Origin: an uncultured delta proteobacterium
GTDB taxonomy: Bacteria > Desulfobacterota > Binatia > UBA9968
NCBI GenBank assembly: GCA_963745035.1
Contig: CAVUVW010000005.1
Span: forward strand, 96,001 to 160,000
Length of the DNA: 64,000 nt
Reading direction: 5' to 3'
The position numbers and the translations under genes are program-made. Numbering within the stretch: position 1 is the first letter of the stretch; the number at the start of each line of letters is the position of its first letter. The notes beneath the pieces are model-generated. The model had not been told where the DNA came from, searched no databases, and worked only from the letters and a program-made list of their open reading frames with translations. Shown here in pieces: positions 19,750-30,618 of this stretch.

Positions 19750-20784
19750 CTAGTTTTTCCAAAGCGCGTCGATGAAGCCGCTTTTCTCCAGCCCTTGCAT
19801 CAAGCTCGAGTCGACGACCGCCGCGGGATCGAAACGCTGAGCGCGCGGATTGCGCAGCGCTTCGACTTTGAGGAGAAATTCGATTCCTTTCATGGGCACG
19901 TAAGGCACCTTTTCCTGGAGCCTGGCGGGCGAATCTAAAACGGCGCCGACGGCCTCGGGGTCTTTTGTTCGAATAAATTCGGCGGCCACTTTGAAGCTGT
20001 AGTCGCGATTCTCTCGAAAAAATTTGATTCCCTCGACAAATCCTTTCAAGATTCGCGTCATCGTGTCGCGATTGTTGTGAACGTAGGTTTTGGTGCTGCC
20101 GATGCAGCTCGCTGGGTTGTAAAGACCCGCTTTGTTGAAATCGAGAAGCTCTCTGAACCCGGCCTTCTCCGCAAAGCCGTCGTGCGGCGGGCGGAAAATC
20201 GCGGCGTCGATGGCGCCGTTGCCGAGCGCCACGAGCCGCTCGGCGCCGCTGCCGGCCGCGAGAAAAACGACGTCGCGCTCCGCATTGAGGCCGCGCTCGG
20301 ACAGCGCGTATCGCAGGATGCCGTCATCGATGGTTCCCAGGCGGGTAAGTCCGATGCGCTTTCCTTTGAGATCGTTGATCGAGGCAATTTTGGGATGGGC
20401 AAGCAGCCGCCCATAAGCGTAAGCTGTCGCACAAGCGAGCAGCACCGTGTCGGCTCCCGCCAGCGCGGACACGACCATGGGAGCCGCTCCGGCCATGCTG
20501 ACCGGGACGCTGCCGGAGATCATCGCGGCGGTGAGCAAAGAGCTTCCGGACAGAAGGACCAAGTCAACTTCAAGCCCATGCTTCTTGAAGAAACCGGCAC
20601 GGCGAATCACTTCGATGGTTATGCCGGCGCCAGGCGTGGGATAACCTATGACGAGCTTTGGCGGCCGCTGCGCCACGGCCATGCGCGGCTGCAACAGCGC
20701 CGAAAACAGCAGGAGAGAGAGCGTGATGCTAATGATGAACGGGAGGGGCGGTTTGGCGCGCTGCGATCTGAGAGCAACGCTCAT
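19750..20784 (-). CDS. NitT/TauT (NMT1-like) substrate-binding protein
   Basis: GFFKKHGLEVDL, DLKGKRIG, ALGNGAIDAA, LEKSGFIDALW. Confidence 0.88.
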   Translation of the reverse strand: MSVALRSQRAKPPLPFIISITLSLLLFSALLQPRMAVAQRPPKLVIGYPTPGAGITIEVIRRAGFFKKHGLEVDLVLLSGSSLLTAAMISGSVPVSMAGAAPMVVSALAGADTVLLACATAYAYGRLLAHPKIASINDLKGKRIGLTRLGTIDDGILRYALSERGLNAERDVVFLAAGSGAERLVALGNGAIDAAIFRPPHDGFAEKAGFRELLDFNKAGLYNPASCIGSTKTYVHNNRDTMTRILKGFVEGIKFFRENRDYSFKVAAEFIRTKDPEAVGAVLDSPARLQEKVPYVPMKGIEFLLKVEALRNPRAQRFDPAAVVDSSLMQGLEKSGFIDALWKN

Positions 20785-21559
20785 GCGGCATCCCGAAAAA
20801 GCATCAGCTGATTACCGTCCGGATCGCGCAGCAGGAATTCCGCTGATGAATTCTCGCTATTTCCGCTTCCCGCCACCGTGATGCCCGCGCGACTCGCTAG
20901 TTCGAGCATTTTGTTTTCATCGACAAGGCGGAAGCCGAGGCAATGAAAGCCGGCGTCCGACGACGAGTCGCACCTTACCAACTCTAAGTCGGTGGCGCCG
21001 TCGGTCAGACAATTTTTCCCGAAGTCTCCTTTGCGAGCGTCATCCCGAAGCCGCGCCGGTAGAATTCCGACAACGACGCGATATTCTCGCCGCCGATGAC
21101 GATGCGGTTGATCTGGGAGGGCGCCTGTACGGAGAGCGATTGCAGCTCCTCTTCACTGACGGGCTTGTAACCCATCTCAGAAAGATCGATCCGATTGCCT
21201 TCGGGATCGTGCGCGCGCCACTCGGTGAACGTTCGGCCTGCCGGTCTCTTGGAGATCTCGCAAGCGGGATAATTTTTACGCAGGTGGTTTTTTGCGGCTT
21301 CCACGTCGGCAATCTGAAAGCCGAAGTGGTCAAAGCCTTTGGCTTGCGGTTCGCCGACTTCGTCGATGCGCAGCTTTTCTTCGCCGACGCCGCGCCAGGG
21401 ATTGAGCGCCAACAGCGTGCGGCCGTCCCAGAGCTGCACCGCGTTACGCGTGTGGACGATCTTCATGTCGAAGACATCGCGGTAAAACGGCGCTAGCTCG
21501 CGCGGAGTTCTCGTAAAAAGAGCGACGTGAACGATTCGGGGCGCCGCATGTTCCGGCAT
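20781..21559 (-). CDS. Two-domain VOC family protein, frameshift near 21010
   Basis: IVHVALF, GFDHFGFQI, HDPEGNRIDL; the C-terminal LRDPDGNQLML is in ORF 20781-20981. Confidence 0.8.
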
Positions 21560-21611
21560 GCAAAATCTCCTGGTTGTCTCGCGCTCGATTTAGGCGCTTA
21601 TGGGGAACCGA

Positions 21612-22049
21612 TCATGAATTCGCGAGCTCTTCAAACGTGTGCTCCGGCATGCCGGCCTTCCAGGTCGGGTCGCGCAATTCGAGGCGGTTGCCGCTCGGAT
21701 CGAAGAAGTAAAGCTCTCTACCGGTGAAATAACCTTTGCCGCGATAATAAAGCCGGTCGATGGGAACCTTGCGCTCCTTGAAAACCTTGCACGCCTTAAC
21801 CAAGGTTTCGGGCGTGACGGTGAAAGAGTGGTGCACGTTCTGCTCTTCTTTGTGGGACTTGTCGACGTCGGGCGCGCGCTCGCAGAGAAGAATGTTTTGA
21901 TCGCCGACGCTGAAGCAGGACATGCCCGAATTGCCCAGGCGCCCGCGCGCGTTGAGTCCAAGCAGATCGCCGTAAAACTTTTCCGCCTCGTCGAGATTAT
22001 TCACCGGAATCGACCAGTGCGTGATGCCTTCGATATTCAACACTCCCAT
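21612..22049 (-). CDS. VOC family protein
   Basis: THWSIPVNNLDEAEKFY, HHSFTV, YFFDPSGNRLEL; AAGGAGG RBS. Confidence 0.9.
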   Translation of the reverse strand: MGVLNIEGITHWSIPVNNLDEAEKFYGDLLGLNARGRLGNSGMSCFSVGDQNILLCERAPDVDKSHKEEQNVHHSFTVTPETLVKACKVFKERKVPIDRLYYRGKGYFTGRELYFFDPSGNRLELRDPTWKAGMPEHTFEELANS

Positions 22050-22196
22050 AAAACCTCCTTTGCGTCCTTGTTTGGCTAGCCTGTCCATAAATAGGGCAAA
22101 CGGATGATCTCCGTCAAGCGTCCGTAGGGACTCTTGTCATGCGCGTGAGTTATCTCATAGGATGCGCCCAAGCATAACAATCCACAAGGAGGACTC

Positions 22197-22565
22197 ATGG
22201 CACGTATTCGCCACCTGGCCATACTCACGGAGGACGTGGACAAGCTAGTGAAATTTTACACGAGCATGTTCGGTCTAAAGATCGTTCACGGTGTCGGGAC
22301 GGCGACCTATTTGTCCGACGGCCATATCAATCTCGCCATCATTCCCATCGGCCCGGAGCGCGAGATCGAAGGGCCTCAGCTCCGGCCGGGCATCAATCAC
22401 TTCGGGTTCGAGGTGAAGAATGTCGACGCCTTGCGTGAGGCATGCAACGAACTCAACGCCTCGTCGGACATCGACAAGCGGCCGCCCAATCGCGAGGCCG
22501 AATTTCGCGTTCATGATCCTGACGGCAATCCGATCGATCTTTCGCAGCACGGTTGGCCGATCTAG
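22197..22565 (+). CDS. VOC family protein
   Basis: IRHLAI, DGHINLAI, GINHFGFEV, DPDGNPIDLS; AGGAGG RBS. Confidence 0.9.
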   Translation: MARIRHLAILTEDVDKLVKFYTSMFGLKIVHGVGTATYLSDGHINLAIIPIGPEREIEGPQLRPGINHFGFEVKNVDALREACNELNASSDIDKRPPNREAEFRVHDPDGNPIDLSQHGWPI

Positions 22566-22600
22566 CGGTAGTGACTCATATTTAGTCAACAAGCATAAAA

Positions 22601-22670
22601 CAGATTCTCCGCTGCGCGCTCAGAATGACGCTCAGGTGGAGTTGTCATCCTGAACAAAGTGAAGGATCTG
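22601..22670. repeat. Inverted pair of REP-like elements (AGATTCT..CAGAATGAC / GTCATCCTGA..AGGATCT) between convergent genes
   Basis: cagattctccgctgcgcgctcagaatgac ... gtcatcctgaacaaagtgaaggatctg. Confidence 0.75.
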
Positions 22671-22709
22671 CTTTCAAGTCGAGTGTAACCATTAGCAGAT
22701 CGCTGACAG

Positions 22710-23750
22710 TTAGCGCAGTCTTTTCCGCGCCGCCGGCAAGAAGCCGGTTTCTTCCAGGTTGCGCACGAAAACCGGGTTCATGAGCTGATTGAGATCGACC
22801 TGGGCAACCTTGGGATTGATCTTACTCACGATGCGCTGGACGATTTTCCACGCGGCCGGATCGGGCATGACTTCGACCGTTGCCATTTCGGCCAGTACCT
22901 TGTAGGACGCTTCGGCGTCCTCGGCGGTGGGAAAGCGAAAATTTCGCCGCAGGATTTCAACGATCTCCGGCTTGGCGCTCGGATCATGAATCAAAACGAC
23001 GGCGTCGACGAGTCCTCTGAGCAGGCGCGACAACGTATCGGCGGAATTCGACGCAGACTCGCGCAGGAAACAAATCGTCGTCCCTTGATAGGGAATGTTG
23101 AGCTTGCCGATATCCGCCAGAACATTCGCGCCCGCGCGCTTGGCCGCTTCGCTGAAGCTGTAGGGAATGACCGTGGCATCGACGCCGCCGGTGCCCAAAG
23201 CCTGCGTGACCGTGGCCGTGTCGCCAAGCACGCGCATCTTGAGATCGTATTTTTCCGGATCGATGCCGAGGCCGTCCAGCGCGATCATGGTCTGCAGCCA
23301 AAAACCGCCGCCGATGCTTTGCACGCCGAAAGTCTTGCCGCGAAGATCTTCCAGAGTGCGTATTTCTTTGCGCGCGATCAGCTCGCGCGGGATCCTATGC
23401 ACCGGCGAAGCGGCGCATTGAATCCGCATGCCGCCCGCGGAGGCGCTGAGCGCGTTCGCCGGCGAGCCATAGTTGTATTGAACCTGCCCGGTGGCGAGCG
23501 TCGCCATGCTCAGCGAGCCATTTCGTAGCTGTACCATGCGCACGTCGAGGCCGTATTTCTTGAAGGTCCCTTTGGCGATGCCGACCCACATGGGCCCGAC
23601 CGTTTCGTTCTGCCCGGCATAGGCTGAGAGAATCGGCACAGGAGTTTGGGCAAAGGCGTTCGGTAGCAGCGCGAGCGCGATAAAGACGGTCAACAGAAAG
23701 TGTGAAGATGGATTTGCCGGCGTCGATACGAGCAAGTGAGAATTTTTCAT
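22710..23750 (-). CDS. NitT/TauT-type substrate-binding protein
   Basis: GTFKKYGLDV, DLRGKTFGV, ALGTGGVDA, LEETGF. Confidence 0.88.
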   Translation of the reverse strand: MKNSHLLVSTPANPSSHFLLTVFIALALLPNAFAQTPVPILSAYAGQNETVGPMWVGIAKGTFKKYGLDVRMVQLRNGSLSMATLATGQVQYNYGSPANALSASAGGMRIQCAASPVHRIPRELIARKEIRTLEDLRGKTFGVQSIGGGFWLQTMIALDGLGIDPEKYDLKMRVLGDTATVTQALGTGGVDATVIPYSFSEAAKRAGANVLADIGKLNIPYQGTTICFLRESASNSADTLSRLLRGLVDAVVLIHDPSAKPEIVEILRRNFRFPTAEDAEASYKVLAEMATVEVMPDPAAWKIVQRIVSKINPKVAQVDLNQLMNPVFVRNLEETGFLPAARKRLR

Positions 23751-23779
23751 CGGCTACTCCGTTCTGATTTAGCCGCGGT

Positions 23780-24789
23780 TCATTGCCAAAGACGTTTGAA
23801 GAATCCCGATTTCTCGAGCTCATCGACGTAGCGGTTCTCGTAATATGCTGAAAGCGGAGTTTTTTGCGCGGCAACCGGATCGATGAGCTTGAGTCCGACC
23901 AATTGCTCGGCCAGATCCTTGAAGACATCGGGCGGCACGCGCGAGATCTTTGGCGAAAGCATCGACGCTCGCCTGGTAGCTTTCATCGAGCATGTTCTGG
24001 CGGGTCACTTTGGTGTACTTGCTGAGAACTTTGGTGGCGAAAGTCTTGTCGTCGTGCAGTTGCTTCAGGCCAGTGGAGACGGCGCTAATAAAGCGTTTGA
24101 CGATCTCGCCATTCTTTTCCGCGAACCCGCGCCGCGCCACGATTCCCTGCTCGATGAAACGGATATTCATATCGCGAATTTGCTTGATGCTGACCAGCTC
24201 GCGAAACCCTTTTTCGCGCAGCACGACGCTTTGCGGTGCGGGAATCATGGCGCCGGCGATGGCGTTGGTGCTGAGCGCCGTCATCGATTCCGGATAACCG
24301 CCGGTCTGAATAATCACCGCATCATTAACATTGGACCGGTCTAAAATTGCCTTGGCCGTGAAATGGGAGACGGAACCGAAGCGAGTGACGCCGACCCTTT
24401 TTCCGGCTGAGCTGAGCGATTTGGGTAATCGCCGGCTGTACGTAGAGCGGCACGCTGAAGGATTTGACCAGCGCAGCTACTTGAATCACGTCGCCGCCTT
24501 TGAGCACGTTGGAGATCACCGCCGGTCCGGCCATCCCCGCGAGGTCGGCTTCTCCGGCGAGCATGGATTGCACGATCAGAGACGACGCGCCGGCGAATAC
24601 CGGATCGACTTCGAGTCCGTGCTTTTCGAAAAGCTTGGCTTCGTAGGCGATCAGCCAGGGAAGGCTGTGATAGGAGATCGGCGAGTAGGGGAATTTGATT
24701 TTGTCGAGCGCGGTGGCGTGTTTGACAGAGAAAGAAACTGTCGAGACAATGGCCAGAAAGAGAAGCGCGCACAATGAACGTCGTTGCAT
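23780..24789 (-). CDS. NitT/TauT-type substrate-binding protein, two frameshifts (near 24400 and 23945)
   Basis: Pieces 24325-24789 (LFEKHGLEV), 23820-24317 and 23780-23986 (ELEKSGFF). Confidence 0.82.
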
Positions 24790-24837
24790 CTCCGAACTCC
24801 TCCCGGCGCATTTGCCGCAGGCCGAAAAAACGACGGA

Positions 24838-25866
24838 TCAGATTTTGTAAAAGCGCCGGGCGTTTACTCCCAGGATCGCGTCTTTGTGCTCGTCGCGCAG
24901 GTCATGCCGCTCGACGATCTCTTTGATCTCCTCCAGACAATTGTCGAGGGAAATCTCGTGGGGAAAGTCCGACGCGAACATAAACGGCTCGGGGCCGACC
25001 CGCTCGATGGCGTAGGCGAGCGCCTTCTCGTTGCCCTCGCAGCTGACGAACATCTTGCCGCTGCGAAAATAATCGACGGGTTTGCGTCGAATGCGCAGCC
25101 CGCCGTATTCCAGCTCTCTTTCCAAACGATCGAGCACCATGGGAATCCAACTGGTGCCGCCTTCCAGGAAGCCGACGCGCAGATTGGGAAATTCGTCGAA
25201 TACGCCGTCGACGATCATGCCCGTCGCGGCGATGGCCAAGGGAACCGGCATGCCGAGCGCTCGCGTGGCCGGGAAGACAGTGTAGGTATTGAAACCAAGA
25301 TCGCCGTAGCAGCCGCCGTGCACGGCGAGGGCGCAGTCGAGCTTGGCGGCTTCCTCGTACACCGGCCAGAAATGTTTTGCGCTCAGGTGCGGATTGAGGC
25401 CGTTGGACGGCAGCATCGCGCCGACCATGCCCAAATCCTTGACCGCGCGGCGCAGCTCCGTGACCGCCGCCGGAACATCTTGCAGCGGGATTAAAGCGAT
25501 GCCCTTTAGCCGAGAACTGAATTTGAGATACTTTGCGTGCAGCCAGTCGTTGTAGGCTCTTGCGTAAGCGATGGCCCAGGGAGGAAATGCCACCTGTCCG
25601 AAGGCCAATCCTTCGGTAGGGTAGAGCGCGCTGAATTCCAGCCCCATCTTTTCGAGAAACTGCAGCCATTTTTCCGGGCCGACGTTGGGATCGAAGGTGC
25701 CGGGCTTGCGCTCTTCCAATCTCGGCGTGTGAAAACGATCGAGGGTCGGCAGCATGCGCCGGGGATTCATATGCCCGGTGGTTTTAAAGGGTTCGCCGAC
25801 GTAGCTGATCAGCTCGTCGACCTTCTCCATCACATGGCCGTCGCAATCGACGTATTTGTTTGGCAT
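24838..25866 (-). CDS. Amidohydrolase_2 family protein
   Basis: VDCDGH, RAYNDWL, AVHGG, FLEGGTSW, ASDFPHE. Confidence 0.92.
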   Translation of the reverse strand: MPNKYVDCDGHVMEKVDELISYVGEPFKTTGHMNPRRMLPTLDRFHTPRLEERKPGTFDPNVGPEKWLQFLEKMGLEFSALYPTEGLAFGQVAFPPWAIAYARAYNDWLHAKYLKFSSRLKGIALIPLQDVPAAVTELRRAVKDLGMVGAMLPSNGLNPHLSAKHFWPVYEEAAKLDCALAVHGGCYGDLGFNTYTVFPATRALGMPVPLAIAATGMIVDGVFDEFPNLRVGFLEGGTSWIPMVLDRLERELEYGGLRIRRKPVDYFRSGKMFVSCEGNEKALAYAIERVGPEPFMFASDFPHEISLDNCLEEIKEIVERHDLRDEHKDAILGVNARRFYKI

Positions 25867-25883
25867 GGTCAACTCCGTTGATG

Positions 25884-25906
25884 AGGGCGACCGCCGGTCG
25901 CCCCTA
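25884..25906. repeat. GTAG-type REP-like palindrome, degenerate copy
   Basis: agggcgaccgccggtcgccccta; compare 32780-32807. Confidence 0.65.
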
Positions 25907-25928
25907 GCATGAGATCGTGTGAGTCCGG

Positions 25929-26958
25929 TTAAATTTTATAGAACTGCCGGGCGTTGTCGCCTAGGATCGCCGCTTTGTGTTCCTGTTTCAGATCGTTGCG
26001 CTCGACGATTTCGTTGATCTCTTCCATGCAGTTGCCGAGCGAAATCTCGTGCGGGAAAGTCGGAGGCGAACATGAACGGCGCCGGGCCGACGCGCTCGAT
26101 GGCGTAGGCGAGGGCCTTTTCGTTGCCTTCGCAGCCGACAAAGATGCGGCCGCTGGTGAAATAATCTTCAGGTTTGCGTTTCAACTGAAGACCGCCGTAT
26201 TCCAGCTCGCGTTCCAGCCGATCGATGACGATCGGTATCCATGCCGTGCCGCCTTCGAGGAAGCCGATGCGCAGTTTCGGAAACTGATCGAGCATGCCTT
26301 CGACGATCATGCCGGTTGCGGCGATCGCCAACGGAAAGGGCATGCCCAGCGCGCGCGTCGCGGGAAACACGCCGAAGCTATTGAAACCCAAGTCACCGTA
26401 GCAGCCGCCGTGCACGGCGAGAGCGCAGTCGAGCTTTTCCGCTTCCTCGTAGACCGGCCAATATTCTTTGGCGCCGAGGTGAAATCTGAGTCCGTTCGAG
26501 GGCAGCATGGCGCCGAGCATGCCCAACTCTTTCACCGCCCGGCGCAATTCGGCCACGGCGCTCGGTACGTCTTGCATCGGGATCAAGGCGACGCCCTTCA
26601 ACTTTGGACTGAATTTCAAATATTTTTCATAAAGCCAGTCGTTGTAGCCGCGAGCGTAAGCGACCGCCCATTGAACGAACGAGATCTGGCCGTAAGCCAG
26701 GCCTTCGGTGGGAAACAGCACGCTGTATTCGAGCCCGGTTTTGTTGAGAAACTCCATCCACTTCTCCGGCCCGATCGACGGATCGAAAGTTCCCGGCGTG
26801 CGCCGCTGCAAGCGCGGCGTGTGAAAGCGATCCAAGCTCGGCACCATGCGCCGCGGGTTGATCTCGCCTTCGATGCCGTTCACTTTGCCGATGCGCTCGG
26901 CGATTTCATCGACCCGCTCCATGACATGTCCGTCGCAATCGACATACTGATTCGCCAT
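25929..26958 (-). CDS. Amidohydrolase_2 family protein, tandem paralogue of 24838-25866; frameshift near 26055
   Basis: VDCDGH, AVHGGCYGDLGFN, ASDFP|HEISL; C-terminus is in ORF 25929-26141. Confidence 0.9.
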
Positions 26959-27135
26959 TGGATTCCCCCTTTGACAACGATCTGTGTTCTGAATAGTGAA
27001 GCGAGAGGGCTGACTGTCAACAGATAATTTCTACGATTCTCACGCTCCAGCCGCGTCCAAGTACTGGAACAACCCTTCAATACGCTTGTCACCGAGCATC
27101 TCTTGGTTTATTGCTAACCGCAAGGAGGCGTGATC

Positions 27136-27987
27136 ATGCCCTATGTGAAAGCGAAAGACGGTGTCGACATCTACTACGAAGTCTCCGGCCAGGGGACGCC
27201 GTTTTTGTTTCTAAGCGAGACCGCTTGCGACGGCGCGGTGTGGAATCTTTATCAGGTTCCGGAGTTTGCACGCGACCATCGCGTCGTCATTCTCGATTAT
27301 CGCGGCACGGGTTTGTCCGGCAAGCCCTCGTCGAAATACAGCACGGATATGTTCGCTGACGACGCCGCGACGGTCCTCGATCATCTTGGGCTCGATGGCG
27401 CGGTCGTTTGCGGCCATTCCATGGGCGGCAGAGTTGCGCAACTTCTCGCGCTGGATCATCCGCGCAAAGTCAGTAAATTGATCCTTGCCTCCAGCGGAGC
27501 GGCGCATCCCGGTGACCGAGGCATCCCGCTCCGGATCGCTAAAGAAATGGTCGAGATGGGCTATGAAAGATACGTGCGGGATCACACGATCGTCGTCGGT
27601 TGGACCGAAGTCTACGCGCGCAACCACATGAACCTGATCGAAAAATATCTCCAGGTGCGCATGGCCAACCTCTGTCCGGTGGAGTTTTATTTTCGTCATG
27701 TCTTGGCGCGCCAGGAGCATGACACGAGCGGGCGGCTGAAGGACATCACAGTGCCGACCTTGATCTTCGTGGGCGACGACGATCATTTCGTCGTCAGCGA
27801 CATGTCGCACCGCAGCGGCGCGGATATTCTTGCCAAGGGTATTCCCAATTCTAAGCTCATCGTTTTGCCCGGCGAGCGGCATAGCTATTTTTATACCGAG
27901 CCGGAAACTGTTCACGGCATGATTCGACAATTTCTCAGAGTTAAATCGAGAGCAGCGGATTTCCTCAGCGAATCTATTTATGCGTGA
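27136..27987 (+). CDS. Alpha/beta hydrolase
   Basis: DYRGTGLS, GHSMGG nucleophile elbow, PTLIFVGDDD, GERH; AAGGAGG RBS. Confidence 0.92.
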   Translation: MPYVKAKDGVDIYYEVSGQGTPFLFLSETACDGAVWNLYQVPEFARDHRVVILDYRGTGLSGKPSSKYSTDMFADDAATVLDHLGLDGAVVCGHSMGGRVAQLLALDHPRKVSKLILASSGAAHPGDRGIPLRIAKEMVEMGYERYVRDHTIVVGWTEVYARNHMNLIEKYLQVRMANLCPVEFYFRHVLARQEHDTSGRLKDITVPTLIFVGDDDHFVVSDMSHRSGADILAKGIPNSKLIVLPGERHSYFYTEPETVHGMIRQFLRVKSRAADFLSESIYA

Positions 27988-27998
27988 TGGAGGAAGTC

Positions 27999-29319
27999 AT
28001 GGCATACGGCGCGAAGGGTAGGACCAAAGACTTTCCGGTGTTCGATTGCGACAGCCACATTTACGAGCCGCCGGAGATCTGGGACAAATATATTCCGCAG
28101 AACAATCGCGATTTCGCCAAGACGCATTTCTACCGGGATGCCGACCGGCTCTTCCTGGTGCGCAACGGGAAAATCAGCTTCAGGGATCCCGACAAGTGGA
28201 AGTATCCCGGTGAAACCTGGCATCCAGGTTTAACCAAGAAGATCATCGGCGAAACGCAGCCGGGGACCAAAGAGTGGGATGAAAAAATCGGCAGGAACAA
28301 AAGCGCCAGAGATCCGCATGCGCGGCTCAAGGACATGGATGCCGCCGGCATCGATCAGGTGATGATCTTCCCATCGACGTTTGTTTATTTGCCGCTGGTC
28401 GAGAACGCCGACGCGGCATACATCTGTGCGCGGGCTTATAACGACTGGGCGTATGACTATTGCAGCGCGGATAAGAAACGCCTCTATCCGGCGGCGGTCC
28501 TGCCGGTACAAAACGTCGACTATGCGATCGAAGAACTGCGGCGCGTCGCGAAACGCGGCTTCAAATGCGCTTTGGTGCGGCCGATCATCGCTCAAGGCAA
28601 ATATCCCACGTTTCCGGAATTCGACCCGCTGTGGAGGGAATTCGAAGAGCTCGGCGTGGTGCTCGGCATGCACACGTTTCCATCCCGCGGCGAGGCGATG
28701 TCGCCGCGAATTGGGCGAACGCATGGGTGCCAACCGCAAACGTCTGTTCGGCGATGAAGATCAATTGGTCTATTCACCGGGGCAGTTCGTCGCCAACATC
28801 ATGCAGATCATGGGCTCGAAGCAGGCGGGCGATGCGGCGTATGGATTTATCGCCGAAGCGATGACTTGGACGGGCGTCGTGCTCATGACCGGCTGGCTGG
28901 AAAAGTTTCCGCGCCTGAAAGTTGCGATTCTAGAGTCCAACTCGAGCTGGCTGCCGCTGGTGTTGGAAAAGGCGGAAACTTATCTCGACCTCTACAAACA
29001 CATCGGCGAAAAGATCGGCGATCCGCACGATGTATTCTACAAGCATTGCTTCATCGCCTTCGAGAGCGACGAGATCGTGACCTTGCGCTTATGGGATCTG
29101 TACGAGAACATCGCGCTTTGGTCTTCGGACATGCCGCATCTGGATGCCTCGGACGTTTGGGAGGCGATCGACAATATGAACAAATGGAAAGTGCCCCAGA
29201 ACGTCCAGGAAAAAATGCTCGGCGGCAACGCCAGGCGGCTGTATGGCATCGAGCCCGAGCTGGTGGTTACGAAGGCACCGAACAACTATGCGCCGCAGAC
29301 AATGTCGCGCTATGGGTGA
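27999..29319 (+). CDS. Amidohydrolase_2 family protein, frameshift near 28710
   Basis: FDCDSH, MDAAGID, RAYNDW, GMHTF in ORF 27984-28757; LESNSSW and SSDMPHLD in ORF 28381-29319. Confidence 0.88.
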
Positions 29320-29410
29320 AATCGTCAAGCGAACGCAGGTTCAAATCCGTTCGATCGCCGCGGGCTAATTCGTCGCGGTTTGTTGCGTCAAACTAAGTTC
29401 CTTTCGAAGA

Positions 29411-29490
29411 CCGTCATTCCCGCATGCTTTTAGCGGGAATCCAGGCGAATCCGGAACTGGCCCCGCCGATAAAGACATTCCGCGGTGACG
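29411..29490. repeat. REP/MITE-like element (GTCATTCCCGC family), copy 2, extended
   Basis: ccgtcattcccgcatgcttttagcgggaatccagg...ggtgacg; core matches 15019-15053 in reverse. Confidence 0.85.
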
Positions 29491-29518
29491 CCTTTGAAAA
29501 ATTCTCGTCGTGGTCTTC

Positions 29519-29550
29519 TGATACCCACAGCCCGCTGCGGGGTAGTTCAT
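29519..29550. repeat. Hairpin resembling an IS200/IS605-type end (solo remnant)
   Basis: gatacccacagcccgctgcggggtagttcat; the reverse complement begins ATGAACTACCCCGCAGC. Confidence 0.5.
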
Positions 29551-29682
29551 GGGATTCAAATCCTTCAAATGGTGGCGCGATTTGACTGCGCGTGCGCCCC
29601 ACCGTCACTCGATTTTGCCTTTCGCTACGTCAGGTCCCCGTGGGTAAAGAATCGTCCGACGATCAACTTTCCGGCTTCCCAA

Positions 29683-30417
29683 CTACTGCGGCATCTCCGC
29701 CAGAAGCCGCCCGTAGCCTGGAATTTTATGGCGTAAGCCCAGACACAATTGCGTCCCCCAGGTGCGAGCCGGGCCGGCATGGACGACGGTAAGGCCGGTG
29801 TCTTTCTCTAGGCGGTCGATGATTTCAACGGTTTTCCACGCTGAGCCAAGCATGTAGATGCCGTCAGCCTCTTTGTGCTTCGCGGCGATCCGCTTCATGA
29901 ACTCGAGGATCTGCTCGGGCGGGACGCTCGGCACCGCGGCGAACGGTGAATCGATGCCTTCCATGGCCAAGACCTGGAATCCCGCGTCGGTAAAATAATG
30001 CGCGAACACGTTGTTCATTTTTTCCGGGAAGTAGCTCGCGCCGACAAATTTCTTCATTCCGAGGGTGCGCAGAGCGCGTACATGATTTTGTCCCGAGGTG
30101 AACATCGGCACGTTGTACTTCTTTTCCCAGCTGCTGATGAGCTCCTGTTCCTTTTGATAACCGAGCAGCATGAACGGCGGCGCGCCGCTCGGCCGCACCA
30201 AATTCGCGCCCATCTTGGCGAGCTCGGCTGCTTTCGCTTCGTAGCCGGGCATCGACGTGCTGAACTCTTCCTCGGTGCCGCGAGTGAAATTCATCGTCAA
30301 CGACTCGAATCTGATTTTTTCCGGGATGAGAGTGTCGAGATCGAGCTCCTGGCCGGCTTCCGGCCGGTTGGTCGGACGGACTGTTCCGACGAGGTATTCC
30401 TTTTTACTTTCAGCCAT
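29683..30417 (-). CDS. Arylmalonate decarboxylase/maleate isomerase (Asp/Glu racemase superfamily)-like protein
   Basis: VPMFTS...ALRTLGMKK, YFTDAGFQVL, ADGIY, IDRLEKDTGLTVV, IPGYGRLL; AGGAGG RBS. Confidence 0.8.
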   Translation of the reverse strand: MAESKKEYLVGTVRPTNRPEAGQELDLDTLIPEKIRFESLTMNFTRGTEEEFSTSMPGYEAKAAELAKMGANLVRPSGAPPFMLLGYQKEQELISSWEKKYNVPMFTSGQNHVRALRTLGMKKFVGASYFPEKMNNVFAHYFTDAGFQVLAMEGIDSPFAAVPSVPPEQILEFMKRIAAKHKEADGIYMLGSAWKTVEIIDRLEKDTGLTVVHAGPARTWGTQLCLGLRHKIPGYGRLLAEMPQ

Positions 30418-30618
30418 GATCGTTCCTCCTGATAAAAATCCGCGGATAGTGAGAGCACGATCTAATCACTTGTGAAGAGCGGGCGTCAAGCGCTTTGTCA
30501 CGCTGTCCTGTAACTGGACAATTCGCCGGCAGATCATTAGTATCGGAAAGCTTTCGCTATTAATAAAAGAGCAATGCTGGATGTCACGATGGGCAGCATG
30601 TAAGAGGAGTGCGCCGAC

